A model generated the notes under the pieces. That model worked only from the letters and a program-made list of their open reading frames with translations. It was not told the origin of the DNA and did no database searches. The position numbers and the translations under genes are program-made. A DNA stretch of 64,000 nucleotides from Macrostomum lignano (Eukaryota), in NCBI GenBank assembly GCA_002269645.1, contig NIVC01000528.1:248001-312000 (forward strand), in the 5' to 3' direction. Positions 25,038 through 44,494 of the stretch are shown here, in pieces. How positions within the stretch are numbered: the stretch's first letter is position 1; every line of letters starts with the position of its first letter.

Positions 25038-25533
25038 GAGACAGACAGACAGACAGACAGTCACAGACAGAACTGCACAGAAACAGAACTGCTTTCAAAA
25101 CCTGCAGAAAACCGTAGCTTCGCAGTTGGCGTGCCAAACAATTCGAGCATGACAGTCGCAAATTATAAATTGGAATTTCGATTCTTTGCATGCACAGTCT
25201 TTACATTGAAATCCAGTTTTGCACTCAGGATTAGCAAGGCTTAGAAGGATTAGCAGAAGGCAGTCAGGTCAAACAGATCGTCAAATCACGCTTTAAGCAC
25301 AAAACAACTCAATATTAAGAACAACTGGTGCGTTAAAGCCTTCATGGGGAAAACGTATTTATTAGGAGAAAATGTTTTTATTTCTACTGTACAGTAGTAT
25401 AGATCGGGCATGAAAATATCAGATTTCACGCATTGCAGTGACGAGGAGCTCGACGGACCGCATTCAGGCGTCGGCGGTGAACGAACCCGGGACTGTGGAC
25501 TGCCTGCGGCAGGTCGCTGCCAAGAAAGACTGA
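18372..25533 (+). CDS. Cyclic nucleotide-gated channel alpha-like subunit; exons 18372-18800, 19539-19914, 23586-23885, 24268-24573, probable last exon 25439-25533
   Basis: S1-S4 region (YNLW, DYAADCVYLADIAVSLRTGFLEDG, SLLPLD), C-linker (QRRVIRWFDHLW, LPDKLQAELAIHAHLDTLKRV) and CNBD ([41 protein letters not shown]). Splice phases are consistent. Confidence 0.9.
18995..19525 (+). repeat. 32-bp intronic minisatellite (CTCCAAGGGAGAGATCTCAAGGCACATACAGA)
   Basis: About 16 units in CNG intron 1. Confidence 0.93.
20218..20546 (+). mobile_element. tRNA-derived SINE, copy 1 (CNG intron 2)
   Basis: A-box-like TAGCAGCTAAAGCGG, B-box-like GGCTCGATTCC, a body clearly similar by eye to 53490-53745, and a tail CACAGCCCCTGCCTCTAATAAA. 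Confidence 0.75.
20983..23505 (+). repeat. 29-bp intronic satellite (GATCAGTAAGTTGCCTGACCTAAGATTA[T/G]), about 87 units
   Basis: Tandem array; diagnostic variants recur at a 725-bp (25-unit) offset. Confidence 0.97.
23886..24200 (+). repeat. 22-bp decaying minisatellite starting at the exon 3 donor (GGGTGGGGTGAGATTTTGGACA)
   Basis: The first unit is the real donor G|GTGAGATTTTG; later copies degrade. Confidence 0.85.
24594..25068 (+). repeat. (GACA)n microsatellite in CNG intron 4
   Basis: Direct inspection. Confidence 0.97.
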
Positions 25534-25947
25534 CACAATTGATCATTGCCTACAAACATGATTCATACAGGATATGCGCGCGACCACCTTACTTGTTGAA
25601 CTACTGAAAGTAGAAATGTTAGAATTTAAATAAATAAAAATAATTGTTCCATTTTATTCCAAGACAAGGAAGTTCTTAGACCAGAATCTGAAGGAACAAC
25701 TATTCAACAATGAAATTAAAAAATGCGTTCTTTCTGATCTATCAGACATTGATCTATCTGATCTCTACAATCAATCCATTGACTGAACTACGATCTACAT
25801 ATCTGATCTATTCGATCTATTCATTCAGCTCAGCTGTCCCTCCAGACTTCGGCTCAGTTCTCCTTTGCCTCAACAAGAACGAAAAGTCGGTCTATCTGAT
25901 ACATGCATGTAAATAACACTGACACTTGTAAAGTATATTTCCAAGCC

Positions 25948-33477
<7,530 letters not shown>

Positions 33478-34374
33478 GAGGCGCTGGAAAAATTGGTATA
33501 AGCAGGACTACAGGACAGATAAAATCATACATGTCAATCATAGAGATTAAGGAGAATGAGAACACGAAATTCGCAACTCGGGAAGTGTTCAAAACGTGAA
33601 GAGAGAATGGCAGGACTGGGCAGTTTGCTTATCTCTAAAGTAAGCCCAGATTAAGCTCGAGAGCTTTCAGCGAACTTGTTTTGAGCCTCAAGCCGGGATG
33701 GAAATCAGCCCGAACAGAAGACATTGAGAGATCATGAGCTGCCTTCAAAGACTTTCTTCTATTCTCCCTCTAGTCTGCATATCTGCATTGGTCTAATCCC
33801 GTTTCATGTTGCTGCATGGGGACTTTGAGCTCAGCGGGGCGGAACTGATGAAGGAATAGAGCAGCATCCCGAGCAGCGGGAGCTCTATACCTAATGAGAA
33901 ACCCATATTGGAAAGTACATCGAACCATGCAAATTCTTCAATACAGAACAGCAAGGCTCAAAAGCCGATCTTTTGGAATGTTTATTTCGATTCTGAAATC
34001 TTATTAAATCTTATTTCTAATGAAAAGGGAGCAGATGGTTCGGCTTTAGGGAAATTACTCTTAGGCAAGAGCAGGAAAGAATTTACTCAAAGTCAACGCA
34101 AATAAACGCGGCTTGGCGTTTTATCTTTTGAGAAAACGTCAATGCCTTGACTGGCGAGCTGAGCTCAAAGCTGTCGGGTGATCGCCCGGAGCTGCGTACA
34201 GTGTATATGGATCAAACACCTGAGACTGCAGGAAGACTAAGACTAAAATTAGATTAAGACTAAGATGCAGGCTTGATTAACTTCGATCACAAACAAACGC
34301 GATTTGGAGATGGAAGCTTGCTGCTGTATGCGGTATCTCCCGAATTCCTCTTAGCGTCTGACTCATATCCCATA

Positions 34375-35195
34375 TCCCTCTTCTCTCTGCATCTCCCTCC
34401 TCTCCCATCTCTTGCCTCTCTACATATCCCTCCTCTCCCATCTCTTTCCTCTCTGCATCTCATACCTCTCCCATCTCCCTCTCCCATCTCTTTCCTCTCT
34501 GCATCTCCCACCTCTCCCATCTCCCTCTCCCATCTCTTTCCTCTCTGCATCTCCCACCTCTCCCATCTCCCTCTCCCATCTCTTTCCTCTCTGCATCTCC
34601 CTCCTCTCCCATCTCCCTCCTCTCTCTGCATCTCCCTCCTCTCTCATCTCTCCTCTCTCTGCATCTCCCTCCTCTCCCATCTCCCTCCTCTCTCTGCATC
34701 TCCCTCCTCTCTCATCTCTCCTCTCTCTGCATCTCCCTCCTCTCCCATCTCCCTCCTCTCTCTGCATCTCCCTCCTCTCTCTGCATCTCCCTCCTCTCTC
34801 TGCATCTCCCTCCTCTCCTATCTCCCTCTCTCTGCATCTCCCTCCTCTCCCATCTCCCTCTCTCTGCATCTCCCTCCTCTCCCATCTCCCTCTCTCTGCA
34901 TCTCCCTCCTCTCCCATCTCTCTCTCTCTGCATCTCCCTCCTCTCCCATCTCCCTCCTCTTTCTGCATCTCCCTCCTCTCTCTGCATCTCCCTCCTCTCC
35001 CATCTCCCTCCTCTCTCTGCATCTCCCTCCTCTCTCTGCATCTCCCTCCTCTCCCATCTCCCTCCTCTCTCTGCATCTCCCTCCTCTCCCATCTCCCTCC
35101 TCTCTCTGCATCTCCCTCCTCTCCCATCTCCCTCCTCTCCTATCTCCCTCCTCTCTCTGCACCTCCCTCCTCTCCCATCTCCCTCCTCTCTCGCC
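34375..35195. repeat. CT-rich compound minisatellite (TCTCTGCATCTCCCTCC / TCTCCCATCTCCCTCC)
   Basis: Polypyrimidine tandem units. Confidence 0.93.
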
Positions 35196-35341
35196 CTCTA
35201 TTTCGAGAAATAGAATCAAATAAAAGAGCAGGTGTAACTGAGCTCTCTACAAAGGACAAAAAGCTGCTAGTAAGAGCCAACAGACTCCGCAATTTTATTG
35301 GCAAAAACAGCTCAAAGCGACTGCGTTTTACTATTTAATAG

Positions 35342-35378
<37 letters not shown>

Positions 35379-36332
35379 TAATAATGCTAAAATATCAGAC
35401 TGAAGGCTAAATATTGAACAATTAAATTAATTAGATTGGAATGGAAATTGCACATATTGATAACAAACAATAAATTTGGATATTATAGCATAAAATCGAA
35501 CTGGGACTGACCAGTCTCGCTAGATTCTATCATTAATAACAACTTTTAAATAAAGTTTTCGATTAACAGATAGGGGAGAGGGTAAAGCAGGGAAATACTT
35601 AGCAATGTGTACAGACTGAGTACAAGTTGGCCGCCTGCCTGCTCACAGCTCTTCTGTGACATGATTAGGTGAGAAAAATTGCATTATTAGTGCCATACGG
35701 CAGTCGAGTATTTAAAGTCTGTTGGTGCTTGGTTAGAATAAAATAGACAAAAAAAGCATATTTTTATTTTTAACAGCTAAAGCTAATCAATAAAATATTG
35801 ACGATTATTTCATTTCGCAGGGACCAGTACATCAACCAACAAGCATTTTTATTGAAGCCAAAATAATGGACAAGCATGGGCAATTTAGTGTGAGCACTAG
35901 AGCAGCAGCTGCTGTATTGCATTGAAAACTCGGACTTCAAGCAAAAAGTCTACACAAAAAGACAAGAGAAGCTGCTTAGCTGAAATTTGCACAACGATAG
36001 GCCTGTAGAAATCAATCTATGAATTAGACGCTACTAAATCTACCCGAATAAGCATTAAAATACAATAGTTGGAACTAATTGACTGATAACTAAATTAGGT
36101 TTTATCATTGCATTAAACTCTCAAAATAAAAAAATGCTTTAAACAATTGTGTGAGACAACACAAATTTTCTTAAACAAAAGATGATATTTAAAAACGATC
36201 TGGTGAACGAACTCTAAACGCTAAGCTACTCATACTCAAGTTTTAATTAATAATTCTAACTATTTTTCTGCACACACTGTAGGCGGTTTGCCATCCCGGC
36301 TGCGTTTTAGCATTTTCCAAGAAACTACTCAT

Positions 36333-37835
36333 TCAAGCCTCCTTTTCTTCGGCCGCAACCAATTTCTCAGCTTCCGACTTGGCTTCTCCATCTTCCTGCA
36401 GCTGCACCAGGAACACCTTCTGCACTAAGCGAGTGAGATCGGAGGTCCAGCGCAGCAGAGACTTCGGCTTGTTAGTCCAGGCCACGCCGATCAGGTACAC
36501 CGGCACAGCTGTCAGGATGATCACCACGCCCATGGCGCACTCCCAGAAAGCTCCAATGAAGGCGTTGGCGCACAGCAGCACGGTGAACATGGTGTACACA
36601 ATCGGGAATATGATTGGCACGCGAACCGGGCGCGGATCGTTAGGCCGCTTGACGCGCAGGTACAGCACGATGGAGACGGACAGGCCGATGGCCAGCCAGT
36701 TCACGAAGCCCATGTAGTTCACCAGCACGTAGATGTCGTCAATGGTGAGATAGACAAGCGAGATGAGACCCACCAGCAGCACAGCGGGTAGCGGGGTCAG
36801 CAGGCGCTGCTGGATCATGCACAGAAAGCTGGGCATCTGACCTTCCTCGGCGGCCACAAAGAATATCCGCGACGTGGTCAGCAGGACGCCGTTCACACCG
36901 CCGAATGTAGACAGGGACACGAAGATCGGCATGACGGCGGCCAGGAAGCCGGAGATTTTCTTAGCAAATAGGATGGCAACAGCCGGTGTGGTCACGAACT
37001 CGGCAACTGGAACCGTGGTGAAGTAGGCGGCGTTGGCCAGGACGTACACCACAGTGACGATGGCGCATGAGATGAAGATTGCCAGGGGCAGGTCGCGCTG
37101 CGGGTTCTTCATCTCGCCAGTGACGCAGTTCAGGTAATTCCAACCGTTGTAGGCAAACAGGCCAGAGTAGAAGGCGCGCACGAGGTTGCCGACGCCCATC
37201 ACCGAGTCGGCGAACGGCTCCTCAAAGAACTCGACTTTGCCTCGGCCGACCTGGACGCAACCGGCGATGATGATGATAATTAGGGCGAGCGTTTTGCCCC
37301 AGGTGCAGATGTCCTGAATCCAGGTGGAGGCGCGGATGCTCCAGCAGTTAGCGGCCGTCAAGATTGTCAAGCAGAGCGCGGCTAGCAGCTTCTCGGTGAT
37401 GATTGGCGGCTGGCAGCCGGTGAAAAATGGCTCCAGGATGTACTTGGCAAAGGTGAGGGCTATGATGGTCTGAGAGCAAGGGCGCATGACGAGGATCTCG
37501 CACCACATACGCAGGAAGGCCATGAATGGCCCAAAGGCCACCAGGAAGTAGGCGTAGTCAGCGCCAGAGCGCTGGATCATTGTGCCAAGCTCGGCGTAGC
37601 TGTACGCCCCGAAGAAGCTGTAGACGCCGCACAAGACCCAGACTAGCAGCGAGGCCCCGATGCTGTTCACCTCCTTGAAGATGCCGGTCGGACTAACAAA
37701 AATCCCCGAACCGATGATGGAGCCAACGATGATGCTGACGCCGTTCATTAGAGTGATCTTCTTTTGCAGCTGCACTGGGGAGGCCGCATCGGCCGAGTCG
37801 GCCTGCTCACCAGATTTCTTCTTACACAGCGGCAT
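36333..37835 (-). CDS. L-type amino acid transporter (SLC7 light chain, APC superfamily), intronless CDS, 500 aa
   Basis: LQKKITLMNGVSIIVGSIIGSGIFVSP, YAELGTMIQRSGADYAY, YSGLFAYNGWNYLN, NPQRDLP, GGVNG...SRIFF and RPVRVPIIFP are typical LAT1/LAT2/y+LAT motifs. Confidence 0.95.
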   Translation of the reverse strand: MPLCKKKSGEQADSADAASPVQLQKKITLMNGVSIIVGSIIGSGIFVSPTGIFKEVNSIGASLLVWVLCGVYSFFGAYSYAELGTMIQRSGADYAYFLVAFGPFMAFLRMWCEILVMRPCSQTIIALTFAKYILEPFFTGCQPPIITEKLLAALCLTILTAANCWSIRASTWIQDICTWGKTLALIIIIIAGCVQVGRGKVEFFEEPFADSVMGVGNLVRAFYSGLFAYNGWNYLNCVTGEMKNPQRDLPLAIFISCAIVTVVYVLANAAYFTTVPVAEFVTTPAVAILFAKKISGFLAAVMPIFVSLSTFGGVNGVLLTTSRIFFVAAEEGQMPSFLCMIQQRLLTPLPAVLLVGLISLVYLTIDDIYVLVNYMGFVNWLAIGLSVSIVLYLRVKRPNDPRPVRVPIIFPIVYTMFTVLLCANAFIGAFWECAMGVVIILTAVPVYLIGVAWTNKPKSLLRWTSDLTRLVQKVFLVQLQEDGEAKSEAEKLVAAEEKEA

Positions 37836-37842
37836 TGCTGAT

Positions 37843-39704
37843 GGAGCTAGTTGGCGCGTTTATGTCTTTTTTCGCAATCTAAAATTGTTATAAATAGCGC
37901 TTTTATTATAACAAGTGCTTCAATCTTTGCTGCATTCTGCAACTATTCGATTTTAAACAACTTGAAGGAAAAGGCTTCCGATTCGATGATGAACGAGAAA
38001 TCCGTCGGTGTTGATGCAGACTTAATTGTGCTATGATTGACTTACGAGCAGCTACATAAACTACCCAATACGTCATAGTTGTTCACACTTGACTTTTGGT
38101 ACTCGTAGATCAGATAGAAATGCTTTTATATCCGTAGATTAATAACTGACGATGGGAAAACCCCAAGAGGCAAACGATAGCGTCTAGGCACTTGTTAAAA
38201 GAAACGACCGACCACTGGTCAAGGTAGCCAACAGAAGTGCAATCCTGAATATTTTCACCTATACTGGCGCACGACACGAAGAGTTCTCCCAAGGGCTCAT
38301 TAATCTCTCTGGCTGATTGGTATTTTTTCCAGCAACATTCACTCTCTTTCTCTCTTCCTTACAGCTAGCTATGGATCTATGGAAGCTGGCTGCTTTTGAC
38401 TCCCTTTGTATCCAGCTTACGATTCAATAGTCACGGTCGTGTTTCTACCCATCACGCAGTGTAGGGCGCTCCGCTCTCACTTGGGCCTTGGATTGGCGGA
38501 TAAAAGAGGCCTTACTAAATATTTTCGTGGACTTTTGATGCTTTGACTTTCGCCGAGAAAGCAGCGCGGGACTGCGGGAGAATACGAGCCGAGATTTTCT
38601 TATAAACTATGATACACTACAAGTATTCTATTCCGTTCAAACTCGCGCCAAAATCTCTTGACAGCTTCCTCTTACAACTAACTGCATTCATATCAAAGTT
38701 CCTAACCTAGTAGCAGCCTTGGTTTTCATTCACTTTCAAAGGATTATTTTTCGCTTACTAAACTACGCCTGCCTGTCTAAAGATATTGGGGGTTGCAGCT
38801 TAAAGATAAGGTATAAGCAAGAAAAGCCAAGTACTCAGCTCAAGCAGCCAGGGGCTTCCCTTGAACTTGAATTCAGGACAGAGGGGGTGAAGAGGGGCTG
38901 TCTCTGTCACCTCAGTGAGAACCTATTCGAGGCTAAAGTAAAGTAATCGCGGGAGTTCTCAAAGACTTCGCACGCACGCACTCTGAGTACAGAAAGCAGC
39001 ACGCTCTGCCAACGTGCTCCACGACTGACAGACAGACAAATCTAGCTAGATAATGCGAAAAGCACGTGACAGAGCGCTGGGGACTGTGGCAAATGCTTTT
39101 TTAAAATGGACATGAAATCCAACTGGGGGTCTATCAATCTTTCATATCGATTTAAATTCCACAGCTAAAAACTGACTCTCTTCCACATTATACCAAATCT
39201 TCTGAGTCTAAAGTTCGGGTCAACAACAACAATATACATATACAATACACACTAAAATTACAGCGCGACTTCCGTTTGGCGTAATAAAAATCTCAGCCAA
39301 ACTAACGCACCTCTATTTATAGCATATATATATATACTCAAGCACAAGCATTCCAGCTCACACTCTAGCAAAATACTACAGGTCAGGTATTATCAGGTGT
39401 TATAAAAATTGGAATTTCGAAAAGTTTTTTTTAGTTTGAGCTTGTTGTAGTCTGTACTGTCAACCATTCTGTTATCTCATCTGCAAGGCATTTGGCTAGC
39501 AGACTGCTTGACCGATCCAGGTCAGGAGCCAGACCGAACAACAGAATTTAATGATAGCCGGTAGTTAGTGCAAGCCAGAAACAAGATCGAATAATTTATT
39601 AATGATATGCAACATGACAGGACCAGAAAGGGAAAGAATTCGGTTCAGTATCATTTCAATTCAAGTAAACACTGCAAATTACGATACTAAGTGAGCTCAC
39701 TTAC
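37843..39704 (-). other. Probable 5'-UTR intron of the LAT gene (donor TTG|GTAAGT near 39704; acceptor CATCAG|CA-ATG)
   Basis: A consensus donor on the minus strand upstream and an AG two bases before the ATG. No transcript evidence; boundaries approximate. Confidence 0.35.
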
Positions 39705-41754
39705 CAAATAGAATTTGAATTTTCGAACGACGGTCGATCCACGGAAATCTTCCTCAACACCGAGAGAGAAAGAAAACAGGTCAAGGTCGGTTGCAGAAAT
39801 TAACTCTTGGAAGTCGGACAGAGAGACGCTTAGGGAGCCGTTAAAACGAGGACACGGCCCTACTTTAGTCTGACTGGCTTTGCAGACTTCTTGCTCTGGA
39901 GTTTTTTAGGCTAAATAGCGCACACGCACGGCTTGAGGCGCATGCAAGTAAAAAATGAACGCCCCCCCCTCTATTTTCTGTCCTTCGCATTCTCTTATCT
40001 GTGTCTCTCCTGCGCTCTCATTGGTCGCAGAGGCATGCAGTGATGGAAGGGTTGGGCCTTCCTCGCGTGGAGAACCGGTTGAAACCGGGGGCCAACAAGA
40101 GGGTTTTCCACTCTGTCCAACCCCGTCGTGATCCCCTCCTTGTCTGCCCCCAGTCCTAAGCGTACTTCTGTATCAGCGAAGCGTACAACTGTGAGGTGAG
40201 GAGAACGAAAGTGGAGAAAAGGGAAGGAAAAAAAGCCAGATGAATGTACAGTGCATCGCTAAAAGAAGGACTGGCTGCTCTAGAAAATACACCCCGACAG
40301 AAACAAACTGCACTGCACAGCCGAGCGTAGATGCAGGGCATCCCCCAATACCAGACAGAGTGCGGCGCGATGAAATAATATGACGAAACAGCATCCACGC
40401 TTTGCGATGCGGCACATGACCTGGCGTAATGATGATATTTCTTTTGCACAACCCCATGTGGCAGTCAGTATCTACAGTCGTTTGATTTAAACAAAGCAGA
40501 ACACGAAATGGACTCGTGATTCAGCAGCTGCAGTTTCACAGCCTTTTAGCCAACCGAGTTTTTTTCAGACAACCTGAATATTTTTCTTGAAGCAAGCTTG
40601 CCTGTGCATTTTGTTTGCTGTGTCAATAAGGATATCCGGATGACAATCTTGCACTGTAATTGCACATTCTGGAAACTGGGAATTGACATTCAAGAATTCG
40701 ACCTTCAACAGTTATTTGTACCCTATGGCTAGTCTCTGTGCCATATGCGATCATAAAATCATAGGGTAAACAGGAATTGACCGTCTACATGTACTATTAT
40801 ATTTTTGGCTGAGACATGAGATGGGCTAGCTAGATACATGTAGGATAAATACAGACAGTGAGTGGAGAAAGAGACGAGAGAAAAATGTCAAAATGCTCAA
40901 GGTCACATTTTACTGTATAACTTTCGTCACATTTTACTCTGTAATTTCACAGAAGTACATGTGGCAGAGATATGATTGATCTCTCTCTAAAGTAGACCTC
41001 TTGACTTTAAAATTTCGACGAAAAATGGAGGCCAGTTCGAATGAACTATGTTCGTAAGTCATAAAGACAAAAACGGTAGCAAATGTACTTTTACGTAACT
41101 TAAGAGTAGAAAAGGCTAAGTGTTTCAATCTTCTCTTCTGGCTAAGATTTCTATCTGTTTTCTATTATATATATATTTGCGCATATATATTTAACTGCAT
41201 TCGCAAGCAGACATCATCAAAAGCCAACTATAAATTATCCCTTTGAAAATCTCTCTTCTCCAAACCCACCACGGAACTGATTTGATTGATTGCATGTGAT
41301 GTGATTGAGCTGCGTGGGCCCGCACACACGAATAGTGCCAAGATAGAGTTCAGAATGAAAACCAATTCAATAAACTTCTGCAACGAAGTAAATCCTTGAG
41401 AAAACCAATTAGCTAACACAATCGAGTTTGGAGATATTTATGTTCCTAAAAATAGTTAATGGATTGCTTTGAGATCGTCAGATCGAACGAATGCTCAGTG
41501 ATACAAAGAAAGACTTATTCGTGTGGGCATTGGGGATAGCTGTAGGTTTGATAAAAAAATAAAGCAAAATATTATTTAGCTACTCGCAGTAGACAGGGCA
41601 GTTACTGAGCAAAAAATTATTATTACCTCCCATTGAAATTATCAAATTTTGTCACAACGATAATTAAACCCGCAATTGCACCATTTGGCATCAATGTTTC
41701 AGGAATAAAAAACACCATTCACGCCTACTATATTCGCGCCATATAGAAAGTCGC

Positions 41755-42400
41755 ACACTCCAGATTCCAGAACAACACTAATAAGTCCCACACTAAAGAA
41801 CCACATCAATAAGCCCCACACTAAAGAACCACATCAATAAGTCCCACACTAAAGAACCACACCAATAGTCCAATAACAAAAGAACCAAACCAATGAGTCC
41901 AACACTGATGAGTCCTACACTCCAGAACCACACCAGTAAGTCCCACACTCCAGAACCACACCAGTAAGCCCCACACTCCAGAACCACACCAGTAAGTCCC
42001 ACACTCCAGAACCACACCAGTAAGTCCCACTCCAGAACCACACCAGTAAGTCCCACACTCTAGAACCACACCAGTAAGTCCCACACTCCAGAACCACACC
42101 AGTAAGTCCCACACTCCAGAACCACACCAGTAAGTCCCACACTCCAGAACCACACCAGTAAGTCCCACACTCTAGAACCACACCAGTAAGTCCCACTCCA
42201 GAACCACACCAGTAAGTCCCACACTCCAGAACCACACCAGTAAGTCCCACATTCTAGAACGACATCAGTAAGTCCCACACTCTAGAACGACATCAGTAAG
42301 TCCCACACTCTAGAACGACATCAGTAAGTCCCACACTCTAGAATGACATCAGTAATTGTCCCACACTCTAGAACCACACTAATGATTGCCATACTTCAGA
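41755..42400. repeat. 28-bp intergenic minisatellite (CCAGAACCACACCAGTAAGTCCCACACT)
   Basis: Homogeneous core with decaying flanks. Confidence 0.93.
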
Positions 42401-44494
42401 ACCACACCAATTATTTCCATACTTAAGAACCATACCAATGAGGCTAATATTACTGAACCACATCAATGAGTCCCATACTCCAGAATCACATCATCAATAA
42501 GTCCCACATTCTAAAATCACTAGAGAACTAGACATCCAGACCCTAGAAGCACACCAGAGTCAACTAAAATTTATAAAACTTCCTATAGAGCCCCAGCCAA
42601 GATCCATACCTCTAAAGAGTAGGCCCTACCATGGTTCAAAAATCAGATCAACACTTCCATGGGACTCTTATTGGCAAAAGAATCAGAATCAGAAATGTAT
42701 CCTAACAAAAATATTAATCTATAAAATAAAAAATCAAACTTCAATTCAATATAGAACACTCTTAATAATCAAATTATGCTCTAAAAAAACTAGGCCTAAC
42801 TTTTAATTAAAATATTTTTCAATTGTAGCAAAGATAACATAATTTTGAAAGAGTTTAAATAAGAAATAAGTAATCTAACAAACCTGACATAATATAATAA
42901 TTAGTCATTAAAGCTTATGCCAATAAATTTCAGGTGTGGATCCATTAAAATATTAACAGGGGTCCAGATTTCTAAGTTACATGTATATGTATTTCATTTA
43001 CATGTATATGTACACAATAATGTATATCCACAAAAATATAAAAATTCTAAGTGGGGGTGTGTGCACTATGCCCCCCCCCCCTAAACCTACCACTGATAAA
43101 TTTCTAGGCTTTGCAAAAATGAAGCCAAAAATTCCACAATGGTAGTTTTCTTTTTAAACTTTTATAGATCTGCATTTTGTATGACAAAGTCAAAGACTGC
43201 AGATAAAAATAATGAAAAGAAATAAATCGAAGACACAAAAATTACTTTAATAATAATAGCAATAGTCATTTTAAAAATATAAACCAGACAAAATAATCTA
43301 AAACTTATTAAATTAAAACTAAAATTTACCGAAGTCATGACATAAACACAAATTATTGAAAAATAATATAATCATGGCAAAGTACAATCGAATGTGAAGT
43401 GTATTCATGACAAACATGCTGATCGTGCGCTCGCCTAAAGTGTTAAGACTGCACGCTTTTAGTTGTTTAAATTTTCTTTAAATGTCATATAAATACCACG
43501 AGTAAAACATTTAAAAAGGTATTTAGCATTCTGCCACAGAGTTTCTTCCATTTTAAACCATTCTGGCTTCATAAATTACCCGAGTTTTGTTAATATCTGC
43601 TTGCGATAATAACTTTAAATAAAGAAACTAAAAGCAGCTAGCGGATTGTTTAGAAAGTTAGAAGATAATTAGATATTGCAGCTGAATCGATGGCTGTCTT
43701 TATACCAAAAATGCTACCAAACTTCAAGCTCAATCGGTTTTAAAGACATACTAGATTACTAAAATTCTCTTCTGCGCCCTATCCGGAAGTAGTTCGGCCG
43801 AGTAATTATGACAGTCCCATTGAGAAATATAATAAAGATGATCGAAAGAAGATAAGAAGATTCTAAACAGTTTGCTTGATGTTTGCATGTATGCACTTTA
43901 CGTACATGTATAGGTGAGCTGCATTTACAAGTAGCTCGTATGATACATGTATAGTAGTTTACAATTGTTACATATATAAATCATAGCGTATTTTTGGAAG
44001 TACATGTATGTTCCAAGTGTTTGTTATGACTTATGGAGAGTAGCTACATTTGAGAATAACTAAAAAGACTTTCTGAGTTCGTAAATTTTAAGTACGCTAG
44101 TAGTACACGCATGGTTTAAATTAGGGCTATACACTTCAGGTGATACTTTTAAGACGCCTTTTCATTTATTAAAATATCTCTGTAATAACCACATATCCAA
44201 AAGAAAGTAATGTGCAATAAAATCTAGAATTCATACACCAGTATGCATACGCAACTTCCTGTTCAGTACAAAAATTTGAGCTAGCAGCAATAAAAAATAC
44301 ATGTTAGATTACGAGCACTTTACCCAATGTAATTTATTCGAAGCGCATGATTTAATAACTCTTTCAGTACATACTGCCATTTACAATTTACAGTTAGTCG
44401 CGATGGAGGAAAAACTTGAAATGAATATTAGTTAACTCTGAAAATGAAACACCTGTTACCCTCCTACCCTAGCTGGCCCAACAATCGTCCTAGC

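Noticed and set aside
33823-34170. 13-bp inverted repeat (CTTTGAGCTCAGC) as MITE ends
   Set aside because: No TSD and no second copy in the window.
40040-40155. HDV/CPEB3-like ribozyme (GGGGGCC start, CTTCCTCGC)
   Set aside because: I could not build the nested double pseudoknot (P1, P1.1, P2, P3, J4/2); the pairings are simple nested stems.
42931-43095. Degenerate hAT-type MITE (CAGGTGTGGATCCA...CTACCACTG)
   Set aside because: Terminal repeats match poorly and no TSD is visible.
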